Source of the DNA: a virus
Lineage: Duplodnaviria; Caudoviricetes
IMG/VR virus record: IMGVR_UViG_3300044627_001883
Location: 1-54,276 of that record
DNA: 54,276 nt
Strand: one strand, 5' to 3'
The translations under genes were made by a program, and so were the position numbers. Numbering within the stretch: position 1 is the first letter of the stretch; each line of letters opens with the position of its first letter. Shown piece by piece: positions 42,425-53,282 of the stretch. Below the pieces are notes generated by a model. The model searched no databases. It saw only the letters and a program-made list of their open reading frames with translations, and was not told the origin of the DNA.

Positions 42425-45400
42425 GATCCCGCCGCCCCGTAGAGGCCGTTCACGTCAACTGCCACCACCCAGAACTTCTGGGTGCCAACCCAGTTTGCCC
42501 TGGCAGTGAAGTAGGTGGCATTCACCCGGCCCAACACCGTGGCGGTAGCGAAGGTCGTGCCCCGGCGTACCTCGTAGTAGGCGGTCTCCAGCGTGCCCTT
42601 CACCGGCTCCCAGCTGATCTGCATTTGACCGCCATTGAAGGTCACGCCCAGGGATGGAGCAGGAGCCCGGGCAATGTTGGTGACCACGCTGCCGGGGGTG
42701 CCGTAGTTGCCGTTGGCATCCACCGCAGCCACCCAGAACGTGCGGAGGCCGGACCACTTGGCGTCCAGGGAGTAGCCGGTGCCGTCTGCGCTGATCTTGG
42801 CCAGGGTTGTCGCCGTGGCCCATGTCGCGCCTTGGCGGATCTCGTAGAACACTGACCGGAGCGTGCCGTTAACGGCATTCCACGTGAGTGCGCAGCTGCG
42901 GCCGTAGAAGGCGGCAGAGATGCTTGGTGCGGCCGCAGGCGTGATGGTGACGTTGCGGGACCCAGCGGCGCCCGTATTGCCCGCTGGATCCACGCCAGCC
43001 ACCCAGAAGCTGCGCGTGCCGCTCCAGGTTACGGGGACGTTGTAGCTGTTGCCGTAGACACGGGCGACGCTGACACCCGACCCGAAGCTGGCCCCGTAGC
43101 GGAGTTCGTAGTAGTCGGGGGTATAGGTGCCACGCGGTGTGCTCCAGGTGATGGCCGCAACCGGATCCTCAATGCTGTGTGTGACATTGGGCTCACCGGG
43201 CGGAGTCACGGTGACGGCTGCGCTGGCAGCACTGCTGCTCAACACGTTGCTGGTGTCCCGCGCTTTCACCCGGTAGACGGTGGTGCTGGGATCCAGCAGG
43301 CCCAGCACGTAGCGGGTGGTCTTCGCGTAGGCCACGAATGTCGCGCTGTCCCATCCAGTGCCGCCGGTCCTGATCTCGTAGTCCCTCAGGTCCAGGTCCG
43401 TCACGGGATCCCAGCTGAGTGTCACGCCCAGGTCTTTGTCGATCACCGCCGTTAGGCCAGTGACGTTACTGGGGGGAGCCGTCTTGCCCAGTGCGTTGAT
43501 GGTCCCGGTGAGCGCATTGGCTGATGCTTTGCCCGTCGCGCTGAGGCTGTAGACCTCAATGTCAAAGGAGCCGGGACTGATGTTCAAGATCTCGTAGTCG
43601 GGACCCTGAACCCTGATGGTGTTCCAGTTGCCATTTTCCTTCCGCCACCGCACGCGGTAGTAGTTGACGCCGGCCACCGGACGCCAGTTGGCGATCACCT
43701 TGGCCCGCACCTCGGATTGATAGGTGTAGAGCGCCTCTGAGAGCACTAGCGCGGTGGGCGGTGACGGCACCTCATCCAGCACGGTGACATCCCGGAACTT
43801 CAGTGGACGGTCCCGCTCGATGTAGTTGTACTTGCTGGCGTTGTAGCTCAGCGCCGTGATGGCGTAGCGGGAGCCGTCCTGCTCCTCAACGGCCAGCACC
43901 CGCCACTTGGAGGTCTGCACTACCGCGCCGCCGCTGTAGATCCAGACGGAGTTGGCGCCCGGGGCCTCCGCCAGGGCAGGGCTGATTGTGAGCACCGTGC
44001 CGCTCCGGCTGGCGAGCGAACGCGACTGAACGGTGCCATCCTTCATCACCACCGAGACGGAGCCGCCGCTGCTGGGCAGGTCCTGCGCGGAATCCACCGT
44101 GACTGACGTTGCGGTTGCCGCCACAATCCGGCCGCCGCGACGGACTCCCGCACGCACCGGGTCCGCAATGTCAATGATCTGCCCCGGACGGACGATGATG
44201 CCGGCGTCAATGGAGGCGGTGAACTTGACCACCTCGGTTTCGTACTGCGCGGAGTAGAGCAGCCACTCACCAATACGGTTTGCTTGGCCTCGGCTGGTGC
44301 AGGCAAAGGCTGACACCTGCGTGGTCTGGATGCCGTACTTGGCGATGGCAGCGCGGTCCTCCACCTGCTCGTAGGACATTTCACGGGTGTCCAGGTCCAG
44401 GTAGGACACCAGTGCCACGGTGGGGCGCACCCTGGTGTCGCTGCCGCTGTAGACGAAACCCGGCTCCTCCACGTTCGCCAGCGTGAACAGGTAGGACGGA
44501 TCCGCTGGCCTGTCCTGGCTGAGCGTGAGCGTGCCCTGTGCCCAATACGGCATGGCCCGGAACACCGAGCACAGGTCATTGATCAGCTTGTATGCCTCCT
44601 CCTGCGTCTGGATGTTGACGTTGCAGGTGAAGCGGGGTTCATTGCCGCCAAAGCCAGTCGGGACCAGCTCATTGCAGTATTGGCTGGCTGAGTAGAACGT
44701 CCACTTGTCCAGGCTGGCGGACGTGATCTGATCACCAAAGCCGAACCGCTTGCTGGTGAGCAGGTCCCACAGGATCCAGGCCGGGTCAGCGCACCATTCA
44801 TTGGTCGCTTTGAAGGTCCCGTTCCACACGCCTGCGTAAGTCACCCGGCCGTTGGAGATGTTCACTGTGGCGTTGGACGGCAGCGCGATCTTGCGGCCCC
44901 GGATCAGGTACGCCCGGCTGGGGATGGAGTTGAACTGCTCCGCATCAATCCGCATTCCCACCAGTGCGCTGTGGGGGTAGCGGAGCCGCCGGGATGTGAT
45001 CTCGGTGTAGGAGGTCCAGCTGAAGGCGTTGACCAGCTTGGAGTTGGTGGAGTCGTCCGTCAGACGGCGGACCCTGATGCTGACGGGGTAGTTGGCGTTC
45101 TCATCCAGCGGGACCATGTAGTCACGCTGGTAAAGGTCGCCAGTACGGCCCTTGATCTCACCACCGGACACCGCTTGCCAGCCGCCGCCGTCGTACTGAA
45201 CATCAATGGACAGCTTGAAGCTGGCTCCTTTGATGTCACCGTTGCCCTCAAACTCCTGGAGCTGCGGCACTGAGATGGTGACCCGCACCGTGTCCACGCT
45301 CTCGTCAGTGATGGTGCGGATGATGGGGTAGTCCTTCTCCACCACCTCACCCACGGGGACCTCATTGCTGACGAAGCCGGAGCTGGTCGGCAGGATGATC

Positions 45401-45876
45401 ACTGGCTGCGTGCGAGTGCCGTAGCGGGTGCGGACGCTGGCCCCTACAAAGTTGAGCGCCGACGCCCGGATGTACGCGATCTCACCGGAGCGGGTGCTGT
45501 CATCACCCGTCGGGCAGGTGAAGGTGTTGGTGGTGACGCTGGAGATGGTGCGGACACCTCCAGATCCACCCGCTCCGCCGGTATTGACCCACAGGCAGAC
45601 CTTGCCGTTGGCTGACAGTCCGTGACCGGCGTAGGTGACGGTGATGTTGCCGCCGGCCTGGGAGTAGGTGGCAACGCGCACCGGCTCCGCCTGCGTCAGG
45701 ATCTGGCTGTTGTTGAGGTAAATGTCCTTCAGCAGGGCCAGGTTGTAGGCCGCGCTGTCACGGGTGAGGCCGGCTGCTGATGGCGTGGCGAAGCCCTCAA
45801 TCTCGCCCTCTGAGATCAGGTCAATGATCTCCGCGTAGGACGTGTTGTTGAGGCTGTCTTTGGCGGTGTTAGGCAT
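42421..45876 (-). CDS. Central tail tip / host specificity protein (lambda gpJ-like)
   Basis: DLISEGEIEG, YPHSALVG, DPAWILWDLL, EPRFTCN and C-terminal FN3-like repeats. Confidence 0.9.
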   Translation of the reverse strand: MPNTAKDSLNNTSYAEIIDLISEGEIEGFATPSAAGLTRDSAAYNLALLKDIYLNNSQILTQAEPVRVATYSQAGGNITVTYAGHGLSANGKVCLWVNTGGAGGSGGVRTISSVTTNTFTCPTGDDSTRSGEIAYIRASALNFVGASVRTRYGTRTQPVIILPTSSGFVSNEVPVGEVVEKDYPIIRTITDESVDTVRVTISVPQLQEFEGNGDIKGASFKLSIDVQYDGGGWQAVSGGEIKGRTGDLYQRDYMVPLDENANYPVSIRVRRLTDDSTNSKLVNAFSWTSYTEITSRRLRYPHSALVGMRIDAEQFNSIPSRAYLIRGRKIALPSNATVNISNGRVTYAGVWNGTFKATNEWCADPAWILWDLLTSKRFGFGDQITSASLDKWTFYSASQYCNELVPTGFGGNEPRFTCNVNIQTQEEAYKLINDLCSVFRAMPYWAQGTLTLSQDRPADPSYLFTLANVEEPGFVYSGSDTRVRPTVALVSYLDLDTREMSYEQVEDRAAIAKYGIQTTQVSAFACTSRGQANRIGEWLLYSAQYETEVVKFTASIDAGIIVRPGQIIDIADPVRAGVRRGGRIVAATATSVTVDSAQDLPSSGGSVSVVMKDGTVQSRSLASRSGTVLTISPALAEAPGANSVWIYSGGAVVQTSKWRVLAVEEQDGSRYAITALSYNASKYNYIERDRPLKFRDVTVLDEVPSPPTALVLSEALYTYQSEVRAKVIANWRPVAGVNYYRVRWRKENGNWNTIRVQGPDYEILNISPGSFDIEVYSLSATGKASANALTGTINALGKTAPPSNVTGLTAVIDKDLGVTLSWDPVTDLDLRDYEIRTGGTGWDSATFVAYAKTTRYVLGLLDPSTTVYRVKARDTSNVLSSSAASAAVTVTPPGEPNVTHSIEDPVAAITWSTPRGTYTPDYYELRYGASFGSGVSVARVYGNSYNVPVTWSGTRSFWVAGVDPAGNTGAAGSRNVTITPAAAPSISAAFYGRSCALTWNAVNGTLRSVFYEIRQGATWATATTLAKISADGTGYSLDAKWSGLRTFWVAAVDANGNYGTPGSVVTNIARAPAPSLGVTFNGGQMQISWEPVKGTLETAYYEVRRGTTFATATVLGRVNATYFTARANWVGTQKFWVVAVDVNGLYGAAGS

Positions 45877-46496
45877 CAGAGATCTGCCACGTCAACGGCC
45901 TGGCTGATGGTGACGGATCCCACCAGGGTCTGCCCGTAGACCACCGGAACCGGCACGCCATTGCGGGCGGTGTTTTGGATCCCGCTGAAGCTGTAGGACT
46001 TGCGGGGATCGTCCTCGCTGTCGGTGCCCAGGCTTTGAGGCTTGGGGACGGGGGTGAGCATCTGCGCTACGCCGCCCAGGATCAGGCTTGCGCCGATGCC
46101 GACCGCCAGGCTGGCGACGCTGATGGTGCCTGCGCCGAACAGGCCGATGGCGGCCGGGGCGCCAGCAAGGGCGAAGCCGCCAGTGGCAATGGTGAGCGCA
46201 ATCAACGCCACGCCGGCCAGGATCCGGCCCACGGCACCAGCACCAGCAGTGACGGGAATGATGCGAATCTCACTGGCGCCGGCCGGAGTGTGGAGCTGCT
46301 CGGGGTGGTCGCCTATCTCCAGCTCATCCTTGCCCAGGGCGACCTTGTAGTGCTGGTCGGCCATGTGCCTCTCCAGCTCTGGCCAGTTGGCCAGCAGGAA
46401 GCGGACTGCCTCAGCGGGAGTCGCCACATCGGCTTGGAGCACACGCTTGCCGATGAACTTCGCCAGTGCGCCGTAGAGCTTAATCCTGCGAAGCAT
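45876..46496 (-). CDS. Tail assembly protein I
   Basis: IKLYGAL, SYSFSG and PVPVVYG. Confidence 0.88.
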   Translation of the reverse strand: MLRRIKLYGALAKFIGKRVLQADVATPAEAVRFLLANWPELERHMADQHYKVALGKDELEIGDHPEQLHTPAGASEIRIIPVTAGAGAVGRILAGVALIALTIATGGFALAGAPAAIGLFGAGTISVASLAVGIGASLILGGVAQMLTPVPKPQSLGTDSEDDPRKSYSFSGIQNTARNGVPVPVVYGQTLVGSVTISQAVDVADL

Positions 46497-47196
46497 GACG
46501 AAGCCTCCTCCCGACCGATTGTAGGAGCCATCCACCCAGCTGATCGCGGCTGCTGAGGCGGCCTTCTACGTGGTGGAGAATGTCTTGCCCGCCCAGATAC
46601 ACCGCGCAGTGGTTCAGGCCCGGCGAGGCCAGGGAGAGCAGCAGGAAGTCACCGTGCTGGAGCTCCTCGTCCTCCCGGAGCTCACGAAAGCCTGCCTCAG
46701 GCCAGCAGCGGTCAAAGATGGGGTCCGCCAGGAAATCAGCAGCCCGCGCCGGTCGCTCAAAGTCCGGCAGCAGCAGGTCCAGCTCCCGTGCGTACCAGTC
46801 CCGCGCCAAGGTCCAGCAGTCCGTCACGTTCCACACCCAGCACCGGCCGATCAGTGGGGCCTGGTAGCCATCCGGCTGGCAGCAGCCCCACTGCTCCGTG
46901 CGTGGGTTGACGATCCACCACGGCAGCCTTGAAGCCTCACATGCCACGCGGTCTGCGGTGCTGGGCTCCGGTGGCGTGTGCGGGTGGCTGTGAACCACCG
47001 CCAGGATCTCACCCTGGTCCTCACACCTGGCCCAATCCTCCGGATCCAGCACGAAGAACTCGTTGCCCTCCGCCAGGTTGGTACAGGGGACGTATCGCTC
47101 GCGGCCTTTGATGACCACCACCAGGCCGCACGCTTCACGCGGGTCCTCAGCCTTGGCGTGTTCCAGCACAGCCGCCTGTGACGCTGCGCTGATCAC
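46480..47196 (-). CDS. Tail assembly protein K (JAB plus NlpC/P60)
   Basis: PREACG, VHSHP...PS..D, DCW and NHCAVYLG. Confidence 0.92.
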   Translation of the reverse strand: MISAASQAAVLEHAKAEDPREACGLVVVIKGRERYVPCTNLAEGNEFFVLDPEDWARCEDQGEILAVVHSHPHTPPEPSTADRVACEASRLPWWIVNPRTEQWGCCQPDGYQAPLIGRCWVWNVTDCWTLARDWYARELDLLLPDFERPARAADFLADPIFDRCWPEAGFRELREDEELQHGDFLLLSLASPGLNHCAVYLGGQDILHHVEGRLSSRDQLGGWLLQSVGRRLRHASQD

Positions 47197-48740
47197 ACAT
47201 ACCCTCCAACGCCAGGGAATGAGCCAAAGGGCAGGGAGGCCAGGTCACGGGGGCGCACGGTGTACGCCGAGGACATAGTGAAGGTATAGGTGCTGGATGA
47301 CACCGTGGCCCGGACATAGAACGTGGCTGACAGGGACGTGCCGCTGGCGAGCGGAGCCTCCTTGGTGATGCGGGCTCCCAGGAAGCCAAAGAACGTGGTC
47401 AGCTGCTCAACCTTGGTGCCCTTCAAGATCCCGGTGCCCACCACGCGGTCATTGACGGTGATCCCGGTGTTGTTGTTGGTTTGAAGGAACGGGAAGAGGA
47501 ACCCAGTGATGCCAAGCATCCGGTAGGTGCAGGTGCGCGTCACGGCGGACGTGTACAACGCAGGGTTTTCAGAGATGCTGAGCGTGATGATGGTGCCGCT
47601 GATGGATGTGATCGTGGTTCCAGCGGGGATGTAGGGACCAGTCACTGTCATCCCGGGGACCAGTCCAGATGCGCTGGTCACTGACAGCGTGGTGCCATCC
47701 TCCACGCCGCTCACGTCCACCCTGAGCGTGCCCGTTTTCGTTGTGGTGGTGCTGGAGGTGGCCGCCACCGACAGCGTGAGCGATGACGCACTCTTGGCCG
47801 CCACCGTCGCGTTGGAGGGGAGTCCAGGGCCACGGATGGGATCACCCACGCTGATGCGGTTCAGCTCCGTGGTGCTCAGGCTGCCCATCGTGGTGCTGCC
47901 TTGCGTCACGGAACCCGTTACCCGCGCCGGCCCATAGCGCAGGTCACAGCTGTCCAGCGTCTTGCCGCACACGTCCACGTCCAGCGGCGAACTCTTGGAC
48001 ACGCCAGTACCCCATGCTCCTGCCGCCTTGGGGCCGTAGTAGAGGTTGTTGGTGAGGTCGTAGTAGAACTCACCGTCCACGCCCAAGCCGGCGGACGGCA
48101 CACCGCTGCCGGTGTGGATCGTCTTGTCCTCCGCCGTGAAGTAGGAGGCGCGGTTGTAGCCGCAGGTGTTGGCGTCGCGGTAGTTCCACTGGCAGACGTT
48201 GCTGATGCACCGCCGCTTGGGTGCCCGCACGCCCTGAAGGTCAAATGCGGCCGCCAGCTCAAACTCCACCCCCTCGCGGCTCTCAGTGACCTTGCGGCTG
48301 ATGTAGTAAACCTCCTCCGGGAACTCTGCGGTGGGGTCCGCCGAGGCGTTGCCGCCAGGGAAGTTGGTGGCATCCAGGAACTTGGCCAGCGTGCGGCGGC
48401 GGATCAGCTTGGCGCCCAGCAGGTCATTGCCTGGGGTGATGGCGTTGACGGACAGCAGGATGGCGGTGAGCGTGCCCATCACGTTGGCGGCCACCAGCTT
48501 GGGCTTGGGGAGCTGACCCGTGCCGGACCATTCAAAGCCGGCCGCCTCCACAGGGAAGGCGGTGTAGGTCTGCCCAGCCCAAACAATGTCACCAGCTGCG
48601 GGCTTGCTGTTCACTCCCGCATGGAAGCGGTAGACATCATTGGAGCCGTGAAGTGCCGCTACCAGTCGCAGCTCAAACAGCTCGATGATGGCGCTTGGCG
48701 CTACGTCTTGCAGCTCCCGGACAATCTTCTGATCAGCCAT
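47193..48740 (-). CDS. Minor tail protein L with large insertions
   Basis: IIELFEL, C...CQW.YR...CGY, DVCGK.L.SC and C-terminal LPFGSFPG. Confidence 0.88.
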   Translation of the reverse strand: MADQKIVRELQDVAPSAIIELFELRLVAALHGSNDVYRFHAGVNSKPAAGDIVWAGQTYTAFPVEAAGFEWSGTGQLPKPKLVAANVMGTLTAILLSVNAITPGNDLLGAKLIRRRTLAKFLDATNFPGGNASADPTAEFPEEVYYISRKVTESREGVEFELAAAFDLQGVRAPKRRCISNVCQWNYRDANTCGYNRASYFTAEDKTIHTGSGVPSAGLGVDGEFYYDLTNNLYYGPKAAGAWGTGVSKSSPLDVDVCGKTLDSCDLRYGPARVTGSVTQGSTTMGSLSTTELNRISVGDPIRGPGLPSNATVAAKSASSLTLSVAATSSTTTTKTGTLRVDVSGVEDGTTLSVTSASGLVPGMTVTGPYIPAGTTITSISGTIITLSISENPALYTSAVTRTCTYRMLGITGFLFPFLQTNNNTGITVNDRVVGTGILKGTKVEQLTTFFGFLGARITKEAPLASGTSLSATFYVRATVSSSTYTFTMSSAYTVRPRDLASLPFGSFPGVGGYV

Positions 48741-49084
48741 CAGCCAGCCTCCGCAACCTGGCGGAACGTAGCCGTGACCGTGTTCAGGTTGTAGGCGTCA
48801 GCCGTGATCTGCCATTCCTCGCAGACGTACTGGCCGCTGGTTGCGGACCAGAGCGGAGGGGTCCAGGTGAAGGACTCGTAGCCGCCACGGGCCTGGAGGA
48901 AGTTGCGGATAGCGGTGGTCTCCGCATCACTCCGGGCCTTGAAGGTCAGCTGCCAGGTTTTGAGGTCCGTGTTGAGGCCAAAGCGAATCCGCTGCTCGTA
49001 GCCATCACCGAACTGCGCCTTGCGGATCCGGGGCTTACTGGCCTCGGATGGAGGGTATTCGGGGACCCAGGTGAAGGTGGCCAT
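48740..49084 (-). CDS. Minor tail protein M
   Basis: FGDGYEQR...GLN and SF.WTPP. Confidence 0.92.
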   Translation of the reverse strand: MATFTWVPEYPPSEASKPRIRKAQFGDGYEQRIRFGLNTDLKTWQLTFKARSDAETTAIRNFLQARGGYESFTWTPPLWSATSGQYVCEEWQITADAYNLNTVTATFRQVAEAG

Positions 49085-49086
49085 GA

Positions 49087-52000
49087 TCAGGCTGCCAGCA
49101 AACCGCCAGGACGTTTCTGGCGCAGGAGTTCATTCTGCACCGCCTGGGAGACGGCACGGCCCAGTGCGGCAGCCTGACCCGCATCTCCAGCCACTTGGCT
49201 GTTGCCGGAGGCATCCACGTTCACGGTGACGCTGGTGGAGCCGCCACCGTCCGCCTGCACACCCAGCTTGCCGTTGCGGCCCCGGCGCAGCGGGAGGATG
49301 GCCTCGGGGCCAGCCTCGCCCATGACGCCCATGCTGAAGCCGCCGCCGTTGGCGAAGGGGAAGATGGTGGGACGGTTGACGACGCCACCCGTGGCAAAGG
49401 GCACCAGGCCGCTCTGGTCAAAGGCGTTGCCGTTGGCGTTGAACAGGCTGTTGAGCCCGGAAGAGAGGCCCTTCACGATGGGCTGGATCACCATGATCTG
49501 CATGATCTGGCGGGCAATGTCCTTCAGGACGGTGGCGCCGATCTGCCGGAGGCTGTTGCCCCAGTTCTCGGTGCCATTGATGAGCACGTCCATGGCGGAG
49601 CCGAGGCCCTGGCCAATGGCGCCAGCGATGCCGGCCGCCAGCTGCTTGTTGCGCTCAATGGTTTCGTTGAGCTGCTTGAGCTTCTCGTTTTCAGCAACGA
49701 TCCCATCCACGATGCCCTTCTGCGCCTGCTGGCGGAGGATCGTGTTGGCCAGGATTTTCTCCAGCTTGATCCGGTTCTCTTCAGTGAAGGTGTTGCCTTG
49801 AAGGTCCAGCGTGAGTTGGTCGCGCAGTGCGCTGAGCCTCTCGTATCCAGCCCGGGCGGTGTTCTCGGCGTCCACCCGTACTTTGGCGGTCTCGGGGCTG
49901 ATCCCGGAGCGGATGAGGTCGTTAATGCGCTGCTGGTCGCGGAGCTGATCGGCTACGGACTTGGCTTGAGCGTCAAGGTCAGCGGTGAACTGACCAAATG
50001 CTGCGGTGCGGTCACTGATCAGTTTTTCAGCATTGGCCTGCTGCTGCTCCCGCGCATCTTTGCCGCTCAGCTCTCTGGTCTTGTCCACGGAGCCGGTGAG
50101 GCCTGCCATCAGCCCGGCCGCCTCTCCCGCGAAGCTGCCGGGAGCCGTGGCGGCTGCGCCGCTGCCGCCGATCAGTTGGCGGGCGCTGCCGACCGGGCGT
50201 GGGGCTCCCCCTTCCCAAATCCTGGTGATGGCGTCCAGAGCGTTCCAGGCGTCGCCCACTGACGCCCCATCGCGTGGGTTGACGTGAGTTGTGACGTGGG
50301 TGCCAAAGGTGCGCCCGGTGATCCCCTGCGTGCCCAGGGTTCCGCCTGCCGGCACCTTCATGCCAGGAGCAACGTCCACCCGGTCAAAGTGACCCAGCAG
50401 TAGCTCGTACTTCTTGCCGCCCAGCGTGAACTCGCCGGTGACCCAGTTGCCGTAGCCCCGTCCTGATGCGCCCGCTCCGCTGCCTTGGAAGCCTGTGCCG
50501 GTGATAGTCAGGTCCAGGGGGGCGTTGACGGCTGCGCCACGTCCGCCGGGCATCACAATGTCCCAGCCGGTTGCCTCACCGTCTGGATCGCGGGTGCGAT
50601 TCGTTCTGGCGCCGCCTGGGATGGCCCCGCCTGGAGGATTCTTGCCCAGGAACTTGCCGTCGCTGCGGCTGAAGTAGCCAACGCCAGGCTGGTGATAGGT
50701 GTCGTCTGACTTGCCCTTGGACCCGGGATTGCTCAGGGTGGCCGCAGCATTTGCTGCACCCTTTTCCATCTTCTCGGCCAGCTTGCGGCCTGCGTCTTGC
50801 AGGATCTCCGAGACCTTGCGTGCATAGCCCTCTTGGATCTTGCCGATCCCATCGGCTACCTGGACCTTAAACTCCTCCAGCTTGCGGGCCAGGTCGCGGT
50901 TGCGGTCGGTGGCCTGCTGCTCAATCTTGATGTTCTCCTCGGTGAAGCGGCGGGTTTGCTCGTTCAACAGCTTCTGAGCGTCAATGGCCTCGGTGCTCAG
51001 TCCCATGGCTGCGCGGCGCTGCCTTTCAGCCTCCAGCGCCCTGTCTTGGTCTGATGCGGCGATGCGCCTACGAGCCTCCCCAATGCTGCGCTCCAGCGCC
51101 AGCCGCTGGTCCGCCAGGTCCCGCTCATAGTCGGCTACCTGCTTTGCGGTCTGCTTGCGGAACTCCGCCAGCTCCCGGGCATGGTCCTCTGCCGCATCCG
51201 CCAGCTTGTCTTCAGCGTTCTGACGGATCTTGACCTCATCCTCCATGGCGGCCTTGGCTGCTGCTGCGCGAGCGGCCTCGCGCTCACGGTCTGCGTCTTT
51301 CTGAGCTTGGAGCTGCGCGGCTGTTGGGCCAGCTTGCTGCTTTGCCTTCGCCTTCTCAGCCTCAGCCGCCAGCCGGTTGCGCTCTTCCTCGAAGTTCTTG
51401 CGGAAGTCCGGGTTCAAGAAGCTGGCCAGCCCTCCAATGTTCTCGTTGCCATAGGTGCGCTTCATGGCGTTGCGCATCGCCTGTTCGTTGATGGCAATGT
51501 TTTCGCCGCGCTCATTGCGGTTCTTGTTGAACCGCTCCATGGCATCAGCGGCGGCATTGACCATGGCTGTGAAGCCCTTGATCAGGCCAACCGCAATCGG
51601 ACCGAACGCATCCCCCAATGCGACCTGCAGTTTGTTCGTGGCGGTGCCCAGGTCGGTGACCGCTTGCTTGCCGGTATCGAACTGCTCCTTGAGCTTGGGC
51701 AGCTCCGTCTCACCCAGCTGCTTCAGCGCCTCAATCAGAACGTCAGTGCTGATCTTGCCTTCAGCGCCGAGGTCCTTGAGTTGAGAGCGGGTGACCTTGC
51801 CGAAGGTGCCGAGCTTAGTCATCTGCTCCGCAACGGCCTGACCAAGCGCCGGAGCATTCTCCAGGATGGAGCGCAGTTCATCGCCTTGCGCCCTGCCTGA
51901 CACCAGCGCCTGCTTCAGCTGGGTCATGGCCGAAGAGGCTTCCTGCGCTGTGGCACCGCTCGTGCGGGCTGCCGCGCCGAAGCCGATCATGACGGTCTCA

Positions 52001-52617
52001 ATCTCCTTCAACCCAACACCAGTTGGGCGCAGACCGGCGTAGAGCTTGGCGAAGCTGTCTGTGGCCTCAGTGGTTGAGAGCCTCAGCGTGCTGGCGACAC
52101 GTGCGGCAATCTGCTGCGCCTGGTTGTACTCCCCGTAAACATCAGTGAGCGCCTTCAGTCGCACCCTGGCTGTTTCGGCTTCCATGCTGGCGTCACCGAT
52201 GGCGCGAACCACCTGCGTGACTCCACCGGCCACCGCCAAGCCGGCCAGCCCTTTCAGGCCACCTGCCAGGGCCATGAAGCCACCACCGCCACCGCCACCG
52301 GCTCCAGCTCCGCCGGCCTTGTCCAGCTGCGCCTGTAGGCCCTTCAGCTGCTGGGTGTAGAAGTTGAACTGCCGGCCGCCGATGACGGCTTCATTCCGCA
52401 GCGCCTGTAGCGCCTTGATCTGATTGTTGATGCTGGAGATGGAGTTGCCGGCCGCCTGGCTCAGCTTCCGGGTTTCGTTGTAGATCTTGTCCAGGTCCCG
52501 GCCAGCGACCTTGGACGTGGCCGACAGGCTCTGAAGCTGCCGCGCCAGGTTGCTCAGGTTCTGGGAGCCCTGAACGTCGGCGGTGATCCTGAGAGCGGCG
52601 GGGAAGTTCAGTGCCAT
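49087..52617 (-). CDS. Tape measure protein with an embedded M23-like domain
   Basis: QL.QAL.SG..QGDELRSI.EN; C-terminal FATGGVV...GEAGPEAILPL. Confidence 0.9.
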   Translation of the reverse strand: MALNFPAALRITADVQGSQNLSNLARQLQSLSATSKVAGRDLDKIYNETRKLSQAAGNSISSINNQIKALQALRNEAVIGGRQFNFYTQQLKGLQAQLDKAGGAGAGGGGGGGFMALAGGLKGLAGLAVAGGVTQVVRAIGDASMEAETARVRLKALTDVYGEYNQAQQIAARVASTLRLSTTEATDSFAKLYAGLRPTGVGLKEIETVMIGFGAAARTSGATAQEASSAMTQLKQALVSGRAQGDELRSILENAPALGQAVAEQMTKLGTFGKVTRSQLKDLGAEGKISTDVLIEALKQLGETELPKLKEQFDTGKQAVTDLGTATNKLQVALGDAFGPIAVGLIKGFTAMVNAAADAMERFNKNRNERGENIAINEQAMRNAMKRTYGNENIGGLASFLNPDFRKNFEEERNRLAAEAEKAKAKQQAGPTAAQLQAQKDADREREAARAAAAKAAMEDEVKIRQNAEDKLADAAEDHARELAEFRKQTAKQVADYERDLADQRLALERSIGEARRRIAASDQDRALEAERQRRAAMGLSTEAIDAQKLLNEQTRRFTEENIKIEQQATDRNRDLARKLEEFKVQVADGIGKIQEGYARKVSEILQDAGRKLAEKMEKGAANAAATLSNPGSKGKSDDTYHQPGVGYFSRSDGKFLGKNPPGGAIPGGARTNRTRDPDGEATGWDIVMPGGRGAAVNAPLDLTITGTGFQGSGAGASGRGYGNWVTGEFTLGGKKYELLLGHFDRVDVAPGMKVPAGGTLGTQGITGRTFGTHVTTHVNPRDGASVGDAWNALDAITRIWEGGAPRPVGSARQLIGGSGAAATAPGSFAGEAAGLMAGLTGSVDKTRELSGKDAREQQQANAEKLISDRTAAFGQFTADLDAQAKSVADQLRDQQRINDLIRSGISPETAKVRVDAENTARAGYERLSALRDQLTLDLQGNTFTEENRIKLEKILANTILRQQAQKGIVDGIVAENEKLKQLNETIERNKQLAAGIAGAIGQGLGSAMDVLINGTENWGNSLRQIGATVLKDIARQIMQIMVIQPIVKGLSSGLNSLFNANGNAFDQSGLVPFATGGVVNRPTIFPFANGGGFSMGVMGEAGPEAILPLRRGRNGKLGVQADGGGSTSVTVNVDASGNSQVAGDAGQAAALGRAVSQAVQNELLRQKRPGGLLAA

Positions 52618-52623
52618 GGGGTC

Positions 52624-52947
52624 TCAGTCGTCCTTGTTCATGGCCACCAGCGCCGCGCCTTCCATGACCTGAAGGTCCTCCAGCAGTGAACGCGGGTCCT
52701 CTACTTCGTACATCCTAAAGAGCCACGCCAACACCGAGTAATCCAGGCCACAGGCACCGCTGGCTCCGATTCTCCACTGGGTTTGGACGCGGCTCCACAT
52801 GACCACCGCATCCCAATTCTCCGGCCACACCTCAAAGTCATCTGAGGTTGGGGCGTCCACCTGAATGCCAAAAACGGCGAAATCCTCCGCCGTCTGGTCT
52901 TTGACTCCGCCGCTGACCCAGTATTCAGCGGCGGCGGTCAGTTTTTT
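52624..52947 (-). CDS. Tail assembly chaperone gpT-like frame (expressed as a G-T frameshift fusion)
   Basis: EVWPENW...TQWR...GLDY; the frame is open from the slippery site. Confidence 0.8.
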   Translation of the reverse strand, partial: KKLTAAAEYWVSGGVKDQTAEDFAVFGIQVDAPTSDDFEVWPENWDAVVMWSRVQTQWRIGASGACGLDYSVLAWLFRMYEVEDPRSLLEDLQVMEGAALVAMNKDD

Positions 52948-53282
52948 CGCTTGCCCTTGTTGAGGCTGTCGAGCCAGGCCGTGACCAGTGCGCTGGCGAC
53001 CAAGGGGACGCCGAGCAGATCGGTCTTAGCTTTCTCGGAGTAGGGTACTTCCCCACCCTTGCCGTCCTGGATGCCGGCCCAGCCGACCAGCACCTCGTGG
53101 CACAGGTCGTCATCGCCCAGCTCCCCGGACTGGATGAGGTCCCAGATCTCGCGGATGCGGGGCTGGGAGATGCGCTTGAACTGCGCATCAAAGGTCTGCT
53201 TCTCAAACCGGCCACCGTCGATGGGAAACTCAACGGCGACCGGCCAGGTGTAGGAGTCGCTCTGAGACAGAACGAAGGGCAT
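52938..53282 (-). CDS. Tail assembly chaperone (gpG-like)
   Basis: Lies after the tail tube gene; VLVGW.GI.D..G.EVP. Confidence 0.85.
   Translation of the reverse strand: MPFVLSQSDSYTWPVAVEFPIDGGRFEKQTFDAQFKRISQPRIREIWDLIQSGELGDDDLCHEVLVGWAGIQDGKGGEVPYSEKAKTDLLGVPLVASALVTAWLDSLNKGKRKN
52941..52947 (-). promoter_or_regulatory. Programmed -1 frameshift site A-AAA-AAC
   Basis: CGA AAA AAC TGA ends the gpG-like gene; the -1 frame reads ...KLTAAAEYWVSGG... into the downstream ORF. Confidence 0.8.

Noticed and set aside
38307-45876. Diversity-generating retroelement targeting tail genes
   Set aside because: No reverse transcriptase and no adenine-specific template/variable repeat pair seen; the repeats are ordinary fibre repeats.
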